A stretch of DNA of 64,000 nt, taken from positions 18,031-82,030 of the forward strand of contig JAXMGO010000007.1 in assembly GCA_046347255.1 (NCBI GenBank), in the 5' to 3' direction. The number at the start of each line of letters is the position of its first letter. Position 1 is the stretch's first letter. The notes beneath the pieces are model-generated. The model saw nothing but the letters and a program-made list of their open reading frames with translations, made no database searches and was not told the origin of the DNA. A program made the position numbers and the translations under genes. This DNA is from Steroidobacteraceae bacterium (lineage in GTDB: Bacteria > Pseudomonadota > Gammaproteobacteria > Steroidobacterales > Steroidobacteraceae). Positions 11,524 to 22,052 of the stretch are shown here, piece after piece.

Positions 11524-12621
11524 CTACAGGCGCATCGGCATGACGACGAACTTGACGCTCGCATCCCTTGGGCTGCGGATCAGGCAGCTGCTGTTCGCGT
11601 CCGTCAATGCGACTTCCACGGTGTCGGCGTCGACAGCTCCAAGCGCGTCCAGCAGGTAGGTGACGTTGAAGCCGATCTCGACCTCGCCACCCTTGTAGCT
11701 CACCTCGATCTGGTCCTCCGCCTCTTCCTGCTCGGGGTTATGTGCCTGGATCGTCAGCAATCCGTCGGCGAAAACGAGGCGAATTCCGCGGTACTTCTCG
11801 TTCGAGAGGATCGACGTGCGCTGCAGCGCCTGCCGCAGCAGGTCCTTGGCGGCGGACATCGTCCGCGTCGGTTTTTCCGGGATGACGCGGCCATATTCCG
11901 GGAACTTGCCGTCAATCAGCTTCGAAGTGAAGCGAATTTCGCCGATCTGGGCGCGAACATGGTTCGATCCGATGCTGAGCTCGAGATCGCCGTCGGTGGC
12001 CAGGATCCGCTGCAGCTCCAGCACGCCCTTGCGCGGCACGATGACCTGCTGGCGCGTCGTGACCTCATCGGCCAGCTCGGTCTCGCAGAGCGAGAGCCGG
12101 TGCCCGTCGGTCGCCACCGCGCGCAGCGTCTTGCCGTGCGTCTCGAGCAGGGTCCCGTTGAGGTAGTAGCGCACGTCCTGCTGCGCCATCGCGAAGTGCG
12201 TCTTCTCGATCATCCGCCGCAGCCCCGAGCGCGTGAGCTTCAGGACCTGCTTGCTGTTGATGTCCTCGATCACCGGGAATTCGCTCGCCGGAAGCGTCGA
12301 GAGGCTGAAGCGGCTGCGCCCGGCGCGCAGCACGATCTTCTCGCCCTCGCGCGTGATCGTGACCGAGGACTTCTCCGGGAGCGTGCGCACGATGTCGAGG
12401 AACTTGCGTCCCGGCACGGTCACCTCGCCCGGCTGCTGCACCGACACCTCGGCGGCCGCGACCAGTTCCACCTCCAGGTCCGTGCCGGTGATGCCCAGGC
12501 GGTCCTTCGCCGCCACCAGCAGCACATTGGCCAGCACTGGCATCGTCTGGCGGCGTTCGACCACGCCGATCACGCTCTGCAATGCACCGAGCAGGTTTTC
12601 CCGCGTCGCGGAGACTTTCAT
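11524..12621 (-). CDS. dnaN: DNA polymerase III beta sliding clamp
   Basis: 365 aa. DnaN-like sequence throughout; synteny. Confidence 0.95.
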   Translation of the reverse strand: MKVSATRENLLGALQSVIGVVERRQTMPVLANVLLVAAKDRLGITGTDLEVELVAAAEVSVQQPGEVTVPGRKFLDIVRTLPEKSSVTITREGEKIVLRAGRSRFSLSTLPASEFPVIEDINSKQVLKLTRSGLRRMIEKTHFAMAQQDVRYYLNGTLLETHGKTLRAVATDGHRLSLCETELADEVTTRQQVIVPRKGVLELQRILATDGDLELSIGSNHVRAQIGEIRFTSKLIDGKFPEYGRVIPEKPTRTMSAAKDLLRQALQRTSILSNEKYRGIRLVFADGLLTIQAHNPEQEEAEDQIEVSYKGGEVEIGFNVTYLLDALGAVDADTVEVALTDANSSCLIRSPRDASVKFVVMPMRL

Positions 12622-12844
12622 GGGCTGTTCCGGCGTTCCTTGAGGAGTGGCTACGGATCTATCTTCTTCTTAGGTTAGATAGATCAGTTATGAATATTAA
12701 GCCTGTGGGTCATGGTGAGAACAGCGGAATCGCCTGTGATTCACGGCGCCGCACACCGGCCGTGGGGTCCAACAAGCCGACCCATGAGCTGTGCGTGACC
12801 TGTGGGTTGTTTAGTCCACAGTTTCGTGCACAGGAAATCCACCC

Positions 12845-14170
12845 TCATCCCGCCAGGGTTCTCAACAGGTTCATGTAGTCCTCGGCCATCCGCTGGTCGC
12901 TGTCGCGCAGCTCGCGGATGCGCTTGCACGCGTGCAGCACCGTCGTGTGGTCGCGGCCGCCGAACGCGTCGCCGATCTCCGGCAGGCTGTGGCTGGTGAG
13001 TTCCTTGGCGAGGGCCATCGCCACCTGGCGCGGGCGCGCCACCGAGCGGCTGCGGCGCTTGGAGAGCAGGTCGGCGATGCGGACCTTGAAGTAATCGGCG
13101 ACGGTCTTCTGGATGTTCTCGACGGTCACCAGGCGCGCCTGCAGTGTCAGCAGGTCCTTGAGGGCTTCCTTGGTGAACTCCAGCGTGATCGGAACGCCGG
13201 CGAAGCGCGCGTTGGCGATCACCCGCCGCAGCGCGCCCTCGAGCTCGCGCACGTTGGAGCGGATGCGCTTGGCGATGAAGAAGGCGACTTCCTCGGGTAG
13301 GGCGACGCCCGCGGCCTGCGCCTTGCCGATCAGGATGGCCACGCAGGTCTCGAGTTCCGGCGGTTCGATGGCCACCGTGAGGCCCCAGCCGAAACGGGAC
13401 TTCAGCCGTTCCTCCAGCCCGTCGACCTCCTTCGGATAGCGGTCGCAGGTGAGGATGATCTGATGCTGGCCCTCCAGCAAGGCATTGAAAGTATGGAAGA
13501 ACTCTTCCTGCGAGCGCTCCTTGCCGGCGAAGAACTGGATGTCGTCGATCAGCAGGGCGTGGAGGGTGCGGTAGGAGTTCTTGAAGGCGTCGATCGTGTT
13601 GTGCTGGAGGGAGCGCACCATCTCGCTCACGAAGCGCTCGGAGTGCACGTAGGCGACCCGGGCCTGGGGGTTGCGCTCCAGGATCAGGTGGCCGATCGCG
13701 TGCATCAGGTGGGTCTTGCCGAGGCCGACGCCGCCGTAGATGAACAGCGGGTTGTAGGCGCGGCCGGGGTTCTCCGCCACCTGGAGCGCTGCCGCCTTGG
13801 CGAAATGGTTGCTCTTGCCCTCGATGAAGCTGTCGAAGGTGAAGTCCGGGTTCAGGCGTGCGCAATTTGGGGCGGCCCGGCCGGGCGGGCGGAACGCTCG
13901 TCCGGACCTCGGAGGCCGCGCCGGCACGAGGCCGGGAGCCGACCTCCAGCACCACGCTCTCGTGCTCGCCGGAGGCCTGCATCAAGGGCTTCGATCCGTG
14001 CCAGGGCATGGCCGCGGACCCAGTCGACCACGAAGCGGTTGGGGGCCAGCAGCCGTAGCGAGCCATTCACCTCGATGGCCTGCAGGGCCTGATCCAGGTG
14101 TTGAACTGCTGTTCAGGCAGTTCGGATTCCAGCGCGCGCAGGCACCGGGTCCACAGCGACTCCTCCACCG
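12845..14170 (-). pseudogene. dnaA: chromosomal replication initiator DnaA, reading frame broken by at least two apparent indels
   Basis: N-terminal domain I (VEESLWTRCLRALESELPEQQFNT…LLAPNRFVVDWVRGHALARIEAL) starts at a GTG with upstream GGGGGAGG. It shifts frame near 14.09 kb and again near 13.9 kb before the intact AAA+ and DNA-binding domains (12845..13927 frame). Confidence 0.85.
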
Positions 14171-14305
14171 GCCTCTGGCCTCCCCCTCGCGCTCGACCGT
14201 GACTCCCGGCAGGCAGGGCGCGCCGCCGCACGAGATCGCGGTGCCCTGCCTCGGGAAAAGGGGCGGAAGTCTATACCGGGCCTTGGGCGGCCGGAAGGCG
14301 CTGTA

Positions 14306-14334
14306 TTGACACCCGAGGGGCGCGAGCCTACTCT
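14306..14334 (+). promoter_or_regulatory. candidate sigma70 promoter of rpmH (TTGACA - 17 nt - TACTCT)
   Basis: -35 TTGACA at 14306-14311 and -10-like TACTCT at 14329-14334, about 40 nt upstream of the rpmH ATG. Confidence 0.4.
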
Positions 14335-14373
14335 GCCCGGCCATTTTCCCTTCGAGTTCAGGGCTGTTGCACC

Positions 14374-14553
14374 ATGAAACGCACCTATCAACCCAGCAAA
14401 GTGCGCCGCGCGCGGCACGCACGGTTTCCGTGCCCGCATGGCGACCAAGAATGGGCGCAAGGTCCTCAGCCGGCGCCGGGCGAAGGGCCGCAAGCGGCTG
14501 ATCCATGGAGCTGCGCGCGGGGCCATCGCATCCACCGGCGGCAATCGCCGTGA
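14374..14553 (+). pseudogene. rpmH: 50S ribosomal protein L34, frame disrupted
   Basis: Starts [14 protein letters not shown] then leaves frame. The conserved continuation [28 protein letters not shown] is readable in the +1 frame, consistent with a 1-nt deletion. Confidence 0.7.
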
Positions 14554-14903
14554 CCGAGCCCGGGAGCGCCCGCGCGCTCTTCCGCCGCGCGCGGCGCTGC
14601 GCCGGCCGGCACAGTTCCGTGACGTCTACGCCGAAGGCCGGATCGGCAATGAGATGTTCGCCGCCAACATACTCGCCAGCAGCACCGACACCGCCCGGCT
14701 CGGGCTGTCCATCGCCGTGCGCACGCTCGGCGGCGCCGTAGGGCGCAATCGCGTGCGCCGCCTCATCCGTGAATCCTTCCGCTACCGGCGCGCGCTGCCG
14801 GCGGTCGACATCGTGGTCAGCGCGCGCACGCGAGCGCGTGGCGCGAGCGCCGCGGAGCTGCGCGGCGCGCTCGAGCGCCTGGCAGCGGATCGCCGCGTCG
14901 TGA
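14550..14903 (+). pseudogene. rnpA: RNase P protein component, frame disrupted
   Basis: Conserved core (…[11 protein letters not shown]…[32 protein letters not shown]…) is readable across more than one frame with no in-frame stop. Boundaries approximate. Confidence 0.6.
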
Positions 14904-15144
14904 GCACGCTGATCCGCGCCCTGCACCCGCGCCTCTACCAGCTGACCCTGAGTCCGCTGCTCGGGCCGCGCTGCCGCTTCCACCCCTCCTGCTCGCATTA
15001 CATGCAGGAGGCCGTCGCCACGCACGGCGCGTTGCGCGGCGTGTGGCTGAGGCTGCGGCGCCTGGCGCGCTGCCATCCGTTCAATCCAGGCTACGATCCG
15101 GTGCCGCCGCGCAAGACCGCAAAGGCCTGCTGCCATGCCCATGA
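14900..15144 (+). pseudogene. yidD: membrane protein insertion efficiency factor YidD, frame disrupted
   Basis: YidD signature [44 protein letters not shown]…[13 protein letters not shown]. Expected stop (TGA within ATGA at 15141-15144) lies in a different frame from the body. Boundaries approximate. Confidence 0.55.
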
Positions 15145-16905
15145 CCCCCAACCTGCGCGTGTTCCTGTGGGCGCTGCTCGTCGCGGCGCTCTTCATGAGC
15201 TTCGAGATGTGGCAACACGACTATCCGCCGCCGCCCGCGGTCCGCACCGGCGGCGACGGCCCCGGCGGCGGCGCTCGACAGCGGCGTGCCGACCGCGGCC
15301 GCGCCGGTTGCTCCGAACGCCGCGCCCGCGGCGAGGCCGCGGAGTGCCGCGGGGCCCGCTGCGGCGAAGACGATCTGCTGCGCGGCGCCGTCGGCGCAGC
15401 CGCGTGCTGCCGTTGCGGCGCCTGCCGCCGCGGCGGGCGCCGAAGCCACGCCCGACGCCGCGCTCGCCGGCGCGCCGCTCGTGCACGTCGTCACCGACGT
15501 GCTGGACCTCGACGTGAGCCTCGCGGAGCGGCGAGCTGCGGCGCGCCGACCTGACGCAGTACGCGCGCGTGAAGGGCCAGCCCGAGCCGGTGCGGCTGCT
15601 CAACCGCGACGGCGCCGAGAGCCTCTACGTCCTGCAGAGCGGGCTCGCCGGCGCCGAGGGTGCCGCCGCGCCGACGCACGTCGCCATGTACAGCAGCAGC
15701 GCGCGCGAGCTGCGCCTCGCCGACGGCGCCGATGAACTGCGCGTGCCGCTGACCTGGACCGACAGCGTCGGCGTCACCGTGACCAAGACCTACGTGTTCC
15801 GCCGCGGCTCGTACCAGGTGGGGCTCAGTACGCGATCACCAACGCTTCCGCCCAGCCGATAGGTGTACCAGCCCTACGCGCAGCTGCTGCGCAACAACCC
15901 GCCGGTCGAGCGCTCGATGTTCAACGTCGAGAGCTACTCGTTCAAGGGCCGGCGTACGACGGCACCAAGTACCAAGCTCAAGCTCGGCGACAAGGACACG
16001 CACCTCGACCGTGACGTTGCCGGTGGCTGGGTGGCCGCGCTGCAACACCACTTCGTAGCCGCGATCGTGCCGCCCGTTGGGGGAGAGCTGGCACTACCGC
16101 CTGAAGATCCAGGGCAACCAGTTCCTGCTCGCGACCAGCGCCGCGAGGCCGCAGCCTCGCGCCGGGCGCGAGCGCAACTCAGCAGACGCTGTTCGTCGGT
16201 CCCAAGCTCCAGTCGCAGCTCGACGATGCCGACCCCGCGCACGGACCTGGTGGCGGACTACGGCTGGCTCACGACGCTGGCGCGCCCGCTGTTCTGGCTG
16301 CTCGAGAAGGTGCACGCGCTCATCGGCAACTGGGGCTTCACGATCATCATCGTGACCTTCCTGCTCAAGCTCCTTTTCTATCCGCTCTCCGGAGCGAGCG
16401 GCAAATCGATGGCGAAGATGAAGACGCTGGCGCCGCGGATTGAAGAACCTGCAGGAGCTCTACAAGGACGACCGCGAGAAGCTCGGCCGCGCCACGACAT
16501 GGAGATGTACCAGAAGGAGAAGGTCAATCCGCTGGCCGAGTGCCTGCCGATGCTGATCCAGATCCCGGTGTTCCTGGCGTTCTACTGGGTGCTGCTCGAG
16601 AGCGTGGAGATGCGCCAGGCGCCGTTCCTCGCTGGCTCAACGACCTCTCGTCCAAGGACCCGTACTACATCCTGCCCGCGATCATGGCGGGCGCGATGTT
16701 CGTGCAGTTCAAGCTGAACCCGCAGATGGGCGACCCGGTGCAGCAGAAGATCATGATGATCATGCCGCTCGCGATGTCGGTGACCTTCGCGTTCTTCCCC
16801 TCGGGCCTGGTGCTCTACTGGGTGACGAACACCGTCCTCTCGATCCTGCAGCAGTGGAACATCAACCGCCGCATCGCCGCCCAGGCCGCGAAGGCGCGGG
16901 CGTAG
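15135..16905 (+). pseudogene. yidC: membrane protein insertase YidC, many frame disruptions
   Basis: YidC N-terminus [27 protein letters not shown]. Conserved segments are spread over at least five ORF fragments in all three frames, ending with the conserved C-terminus (…[22 protein letters not shown]) in frame 16540..16905. Confidence 0.85.
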
Positions 16906-16940
16906 CGGCGGGCGCCGCCGCGGCGCAGCCGGCTGATACC

Positions 16941-18274
16941 GTGCCGGCCGATACCATCGTCGCAGTCGCGACCCCGCCAAGGCGCGGCGCCATCGGCATC
17001 GTCCGCCTGAGCGGCCCGGCGGTGCCGGAGGTCCTTGCGCTGCGCCGGCGCGCTGCCCGAGCCGCGCCGCGCCACGCTGTGCGGGTTCCGCGATGCCGCC
17101 GGCGCGGCGATCGACACCGGCCTCGCGCTGCATTTTCCGCACCGCATTCCTATACCGGCGAGCCCATGCTGGAACTGCAGGGCCACGGCGGCGCGGTGGT
17201 GCTCAGTACTCTGGTGCAGCGGGCGGTGGCGCTCGGCTGCCGGCGCGCGCGCGCCGGGGAGTTCCCGAGCGCGCCTTCCTCAACGGGCGGCTCGATCTGG
17301 CGCAGGCGGAGGCGGTGATCGACCTCATCGACGCGGCCTCGGCGGCCGGTGCGCGCGCCGCGCTGCGCTCGCTCCGGGGCGAGTTCTCGAACGCCGTCCA
17401 CGCGCTGGTCGAGGGGCTCACCGCGCTGCGGGTGCAGGTGGAGGCGGCCATCGACTTCGCCGACGAGGACATCGAGCCGCTCGCCGGCGGCGGCGTGGTC
17501 GCACGCTGCGCGCAGCTGCAGGAGCGCCTGGCCGCGCTGCTGGCGCAGGGCCGCGAGGGGACGCGTGCTGACCGAAGGCGTCACGGTCGTCATCGCCGGA
17601 CGCCCGAACGCCGGCAAGTCCACGCTCCTCAACCGCCTCGCCGGCCACGACGCCGCCATCGTCAGCGCCACGCCCGGCACGACGCGCGACCTGCTGCGCG
17701 AGCGGATCCTCATCGACGGCCTGCCGCTGCACCTCATCGACACGGCCGGCCTGCGACGGGGCGGGGATGACATCGAAGCCGAGGGCATGCGGCGCGCGCG
17801 CGCCGCCATGGCCCAGGCCGACCGCGTGCTGTTCCTCGTGGACGTGGTCGCCGATCCGACCGCGGCGAGCCTCGCCGACCTGCGCGAGGAGTTGCCGGCC
17901 AGCGTCCCGTCACGGTGGTCTACAACAAGTGCGACCGCCTGCCCGGGGCCTGGCCGGCGGACACCGAGCGCGCTGCCTCTCCGCCGCGACCGGCGCGGGG
18001 CTCGACGCGCTGCGCGCGCACCTCAAGGCGATCGCCGGCTGGAGCGGGGCGGAGGAGGCGTGGTCTCGGCGCGCGCCCGCCACTCGTCGAGGCGCTCGCC
18101 GCCGCCCAGGCGCACCTGCTCGCGGCGCGGCGCGAGCTCGGCGCGAGCGCCGCGCCGGAACTCGTCGCCGAGGAGCTGCGGCTCGCGCAGCGCGGGCTCG
18201 AGCTGATCACCGGCGAGGTGAGTTCGGACGACCTGCTGGGGCGGATCTTCGGGGAGTTCTGCATCGGCAAGTGA
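16941..18274 (+). pseudogene. mnmE: tRNA modification GTPase MnmE, multiple frame disruptions
   Basis: TIVAVATPPRRGAIGIVRLSGP N-terminus; G-domain [16 protein letters not shown]…DTAGLR; C-terminal FCIGK*. Segments lie in three different frames. Confidence 0.85.
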
Positions 18275-18338
18275 GGCCCGATTCTCCAATCCTGGAGCAG
18301 GATTTGCCATGACTCCATGTATGGGTAACCTCGGCCGC

Positions 18339-18800
18339 ATGAAGACGTCCACTCCCGGGTCGTCCGCAGCACGCCCCGTCCACGGACCAGCGCCCGGCCG
18401 GCGCGGAGCGGCTTGCTGCCCCCGCCCTGCGCGCCTTCTTCGCCATCGCGGCGCGCTGGGGCCTGAAGCGCCGCCCAGCAGCGCACGCTGCTCGGCAGCC
18501 CGCCGTCCTCCACCTTCTTCAAGTGGAAGAAGGAGCAGGGGCGAAGAACCTGCCGCGCGACGTGCTGGAGCGCATCAGCTACGTGCTGGGCATCTACAAG
18601 GCGCTGCAGATCCTGCTGCCCGAGCCCGAACAGGCCGACCGCTGGATCACGACGCCCAACGCGGCGCCGCTGTTCGGCGGCGGCACGGCACTGGAGCGCA
18701 TGCTGGCAGGCAACGTCGGCGACCTGTTCGCGGTGCGCCAGTACCTCGACGCGCAGCGCGGCGACTGGCATGGCGCGCGCGCCGCGGCCGAGGTCCGTTG
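18339..18800 (+). pseudogene. Xre-like/DUF2384 antitoxin (ParS/MbcA-like), frame disrupted
   Basis: Conserved antitoxin core AKNLPRDVLERISYVLGIYKALQILLPEPEQADRWITTPNAAPLFGGGTALERMLAGNVGDLFAVRQYLDAQRG; N-terminal part is in another frame. Boundaries approximate. Confidence 0.6.
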
Positions 18801-18829
18801 CAGGCGGTGGCGGGGCGGGCGCCGCTTCC

Positions 18830-19505
18830 GCCGTGCCGCTCGCGCATCCGCTGGCGCCAAGCCTACCGCCTCGTCCCCAGCCGCTTTCCGCCGGTCGGTC
18901 CCTGGGACCTGTCCGCCCGCGAGGACTTCGAGGCGCTGGCCGAGGTGGAAGCGCTCACCAGCCTTCGCGCCTGCGCGAGGAGCTCGGGGCACTCGCCTGA
19001 TCCCGAAGGAGCGCCGCGTCGCCGGCCCCGGCACCACGCCGATCATGGCGGCCTTCACCCACCTGAACCCCGAAGGCTCCGCGCTTCGGCGACGGCAGCT
19101 ATGGCGTCTTCTACGCCGGCCGCGAGCTCGAGACCGCGATCCGCGAGACCGTGTACCACCGCGAGCGCTTCATGGCGCGCACCGCCGAGCCGCCGATGGC
19201 GCTGCAGATGCGCTGCTACGTCACGTCGCTCTCCCGCCGGCTGCACGACCTGCGGGGCGGCTACCAGCGGGAGCACGCGCCCGACGACTACGGTCCCGGC
19301 CAGCGCCTCGGCGCCGCGCTGCGCGCCGCCGGCTCCGACGGCCTGGTCTACGACAGCGTGCGGCACCGCAGCGGGCAGTGCGCCGCGCTCTTCTGGCCGG
19401 ACTGCGTCGCCCTGCGTCGAGGCGGGCCACTACGCCTACCACTGGGACGGAGCGCGCATCGCGCACGTCGTCGAGCTCACGGCGGTCCCGCTGGCCGGCG
19501 CCTGA
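18830..19505 (+). pseudogene. RES-domain toxin (ParT/MbcT-like), frame disrupted
   Basis: RES-family hallmarks spread over three frames: YRLVPSRFPPVGPWDLSAREDFEALAEVEALTS / GDGSYGVFYAGRELETAIRETVYHRERF…DYGPGQRLGAALRAAGSDGLVYDSVRHRSGQCAALFWPDCV / VEAGHYAYHWDGARIAHVVEL. Confidence 0.65.
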
Positions 19506-19522
19506 CGTACAATCCCGCCCCC

Positions 19523-21274
19523 ATGCGCCACGCTCCCTCCCATGACGTCATCGTGGTCGGCGGCGGCCACGCCGGCACCGAGGCCGCACTCGCCGCGGCG
19601 CGCATGGAGCGCGCGCACGCTGCTCGTGACGCAGAACATCGAGCAGCTCGGCGCGATGTACGGCCCGGCGATCGGCGGCGTCGGCAAGGGGCACCTGGTG
19701 CGCGAGATCGACGCGCTCGGTGGCGCGATGGCGCGCGCCGCCGACCGCGCCGGCATCCAGTTCCGCACCTTGAACGCCAGCAAGGGCCCGGCGGTGCGCG
19801 CGACGCGCGCAGGCCGACCGCCTGCTCTACCGGCGCGCGATCCGCGCCCGGCTCGAGACGCAGCCGGGCCTGGAGCTCTTCCAGCAGGAGGTCGCGGACC
19901 TCATCGTCGAAGGCGGGCGCGTGCGCGGCGTGCTGACCGTCGGCGGCGTGCGCTTCGAGGCGCCGGCGGTGGTGCTGACCGTGGGCACCTTCCTCGCCGG
20001 CCGCATCCACGTCGGGCTCGAGAACCACGCCGGCGGCCGCGCCGGCGAGCCGCCATCGGTCGCGCTGGCCGCGCGCCTGCGCGAGATCGCGCCGCGCGTC
20101 AGGCGGCTCAAGACCGGCACGCCGCCGCGCATCGACGGGCGCAGCATCGACTTCGATCGCCTGGTGGCGCAGCCGAGCGATGAGCCGCGGCCGGTGTTCT
20201 CCTTCCTCGGCCGGCGGGCGAACTCCGCCGCGACTGCTACATCACGCACACCACCGCCGCGACCCGCACCCCGATCATCCGCCGCCCGCCTTCGACCGCT
20301 CGCGCTGTTCACCAGGCGCATCGAGGGCGTCGGGCGGCGCTGCCCTGCCCTTCGGTCGAGGACAAGGTGCACCGCTTCGCCGCGCGCGATTCGCACCAGG
20401 TGTTCCTCGAGCCCGAGGGCCTCGAGACACGCAAGAGGAGATCTATCAAGAACGGCATCTCCACCAGCCTGCCGTACGAAGTGCAGCAGGCCTTCGTGCG
20501 CACGATCCCGGGGCTCGAGCAGGCGCGCATCACGCGGCCGGGCTATGCGATCGAGTACGACTTCTTCGATCCGCGCGACCTGCGCGGCTCGCTCGAGACG
20601 CAGTCGGTCGCGAGGCCTCTACTTCGCCGGCCAGATCAACGGCACCACCGGCTACGAGGAAGCGGCGGCGCAGGGGCTGCTCGCGGGACTGAACGCCGCG
20701 CTGCAGGTGCGCGGCGACGCTTCCTGGTGCCGACGCGCGGCGAGGCCTACCTCGGCGTGCTGGTCGACGACCTCGTGACGCGCGGCACGCGCGAGCCTAC
20801 CGCATGTTCACCAGCCGCGCCGAGCACCGCCTGGTGCTGCGCGAGGACAATGCCGACGCGCGCCTCACGCCCGTCGGCCACCGCCTCGGGCTGGTCGACG
20901 ACGAGCGCTGGGCCTTCTTCGAGGCCAAGCAGGCCGCGATCCAGGCGGTACGCGCCGGCGTCGCGCCCCCCGATGCCGACGAGCGGCTGGCGGAGCAGGT
21001 GCGCTCCGCGATCGAGGCCGACGCGCTCTACGCCGGCTACATCCGCCGCGCCGAGCAGGAGATCGCGCAGCAGCGGCGGCACGAGCAGTGGCCGCTGCCG
21101 CGCGATCTCGACTACCACGCGCTTGCTGGCCTCTCGCACGAGATCCGGCAGAAGCTCGACGAGGCGCGGCCCGACACGCTTGGGCAGGCGGCGCGCGTGC
21201 CGGGCGTGACGCCCGCCGCGGTGTCGATGCTGCTCGTCCACCTCAAGCGCCGCGCCGGCGCGGCCGGCGCCTGA
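19523..21274 (+). pseudogene. mnmG: tRNA uridine 5-carboxymethylaminomethyl modification enzyme MnmG, several frame disruptions in first ~1.3 kb
   Basis: N-terminus [28 protein letters not shown]. Conserved blocks are distributed over ORFs in different frames up to ~20.8 kb. The last ~470 nt (20804..21274) is a clean frame ending in the MnmG C-terminus. Confidence 0.88.
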
Positions 21275-21321
21275 GCGGCACCGGGCCGGCACGCGGAAGT
21301 TCCAGCCAAGGAGGCCAGCGC

Positions 21322-21918
21322 ATGAAACTCTACTGGTGCCCGAAGACGCGCGCGGTGCGCGCGCTGTGGATGCTCGAGGAACTCGGCCAGCCCTACGAGC
21401 GCGTGCTCATCGACATCCGCGATCCGGTGGCGAAGCAGGACGCAGGCTTCCGCGCCGCCTCGCCGATGGGCAAGGTGCCGGCGCTGGTCGACGGCGCGAC
21501 GCGGCTGTGGGACTCGGGCGCGATCCGCGCCTACCTCGCGGACCAGTACCCGGCGGCCGGCCTGGCGCCGCCCATCGGCCATCCCGATCGCGGCGCGTGG
21601 CTGCAGTGGCTGATGTACACCAATTCGGTGATCGAGCCGGCGATGGCCGAGAAGTTCAGCAAGGCGCCGGCGAGCACGGTGGCACACGGCTGGGGCAGCT
21701 ACGATCAGATGCTCGAGGTGCTGCGCGCCGGCCTCGCGCGCGGCCCCTGGGTCCTCGGCGAACGCTTCAGCGCCGCCGACGTGCTGCTCGGCATGGCCTG
21801 CTACTTCCTGAAGCAGTTCGGCATCCTGCAGGACGAGCCGCTGCTGTTCGCATACATCGAACGCTGTATGGCCAGGCCAGCCCTGCAGCGCGCACTGGCA
21901 CTCGAAGCCCTGCCATAG
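21322..21918 (+). CDS. glutathione S-transferase family protein
   Basis: MKLYWCPKTRAVRALWMLEE… thioredoxin-like GST N-domain followed by a helical C-domain. AAGGAGG ribosome-binding site 8 nt upstream of the ATG. Confidence 0.85.
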   Translation: MKLYWCPKTRAVRALWMLEELGQPYERVLIDIRDPVAKQDAGFRAASPMGKVPALVDGATRLWDSGAIRAYLADQYPAAGLAPPIGHPDRGAWLQWLMYTNSVIEPAMAEKFSKAPASTVAHGWGSYDQMLEVLRAGLARGPWVLGERFSAADVLLGMACYFLKQFGILQDEPLLFAYIERCMARPALQRALALEALP

Positions 21919-22052
21919 GCGCGCGACGCCGGGCCTGGCCCGGCCATCCCGCCGCGTGCCGGAGCCGCCGCCCGCGGGCTTGACCCCCATGCCGGCGCCG
22001 CGTGGTATGGTGTTCCGGCCGGGCGCATCGGCTCGCGAAAGGCAGGGACACC

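Noticed and set aside
12741-14066. 441-aa minus-strand ORF overlapping dnaA
   Set aside because: Wrong-frame read-through of the frameshifted dnaA region. DnaA motifs are in the other two frames.
13982-15196. 404-aa minus-strand ORF across the dnaA-rpmH intergenic region and rnpA
   Set aside because: Antisense to rpmH/rnpA and spans the divergent promoter region. Low-complexity translation.
21980-22011. TTGACC…TATGGT promoter-like motif upstream of the stomatin gene
   Set aside because: Spacer is 20 nt with the better -10, or the -10 is poor with a 17-nt spacer. Too weak to call.
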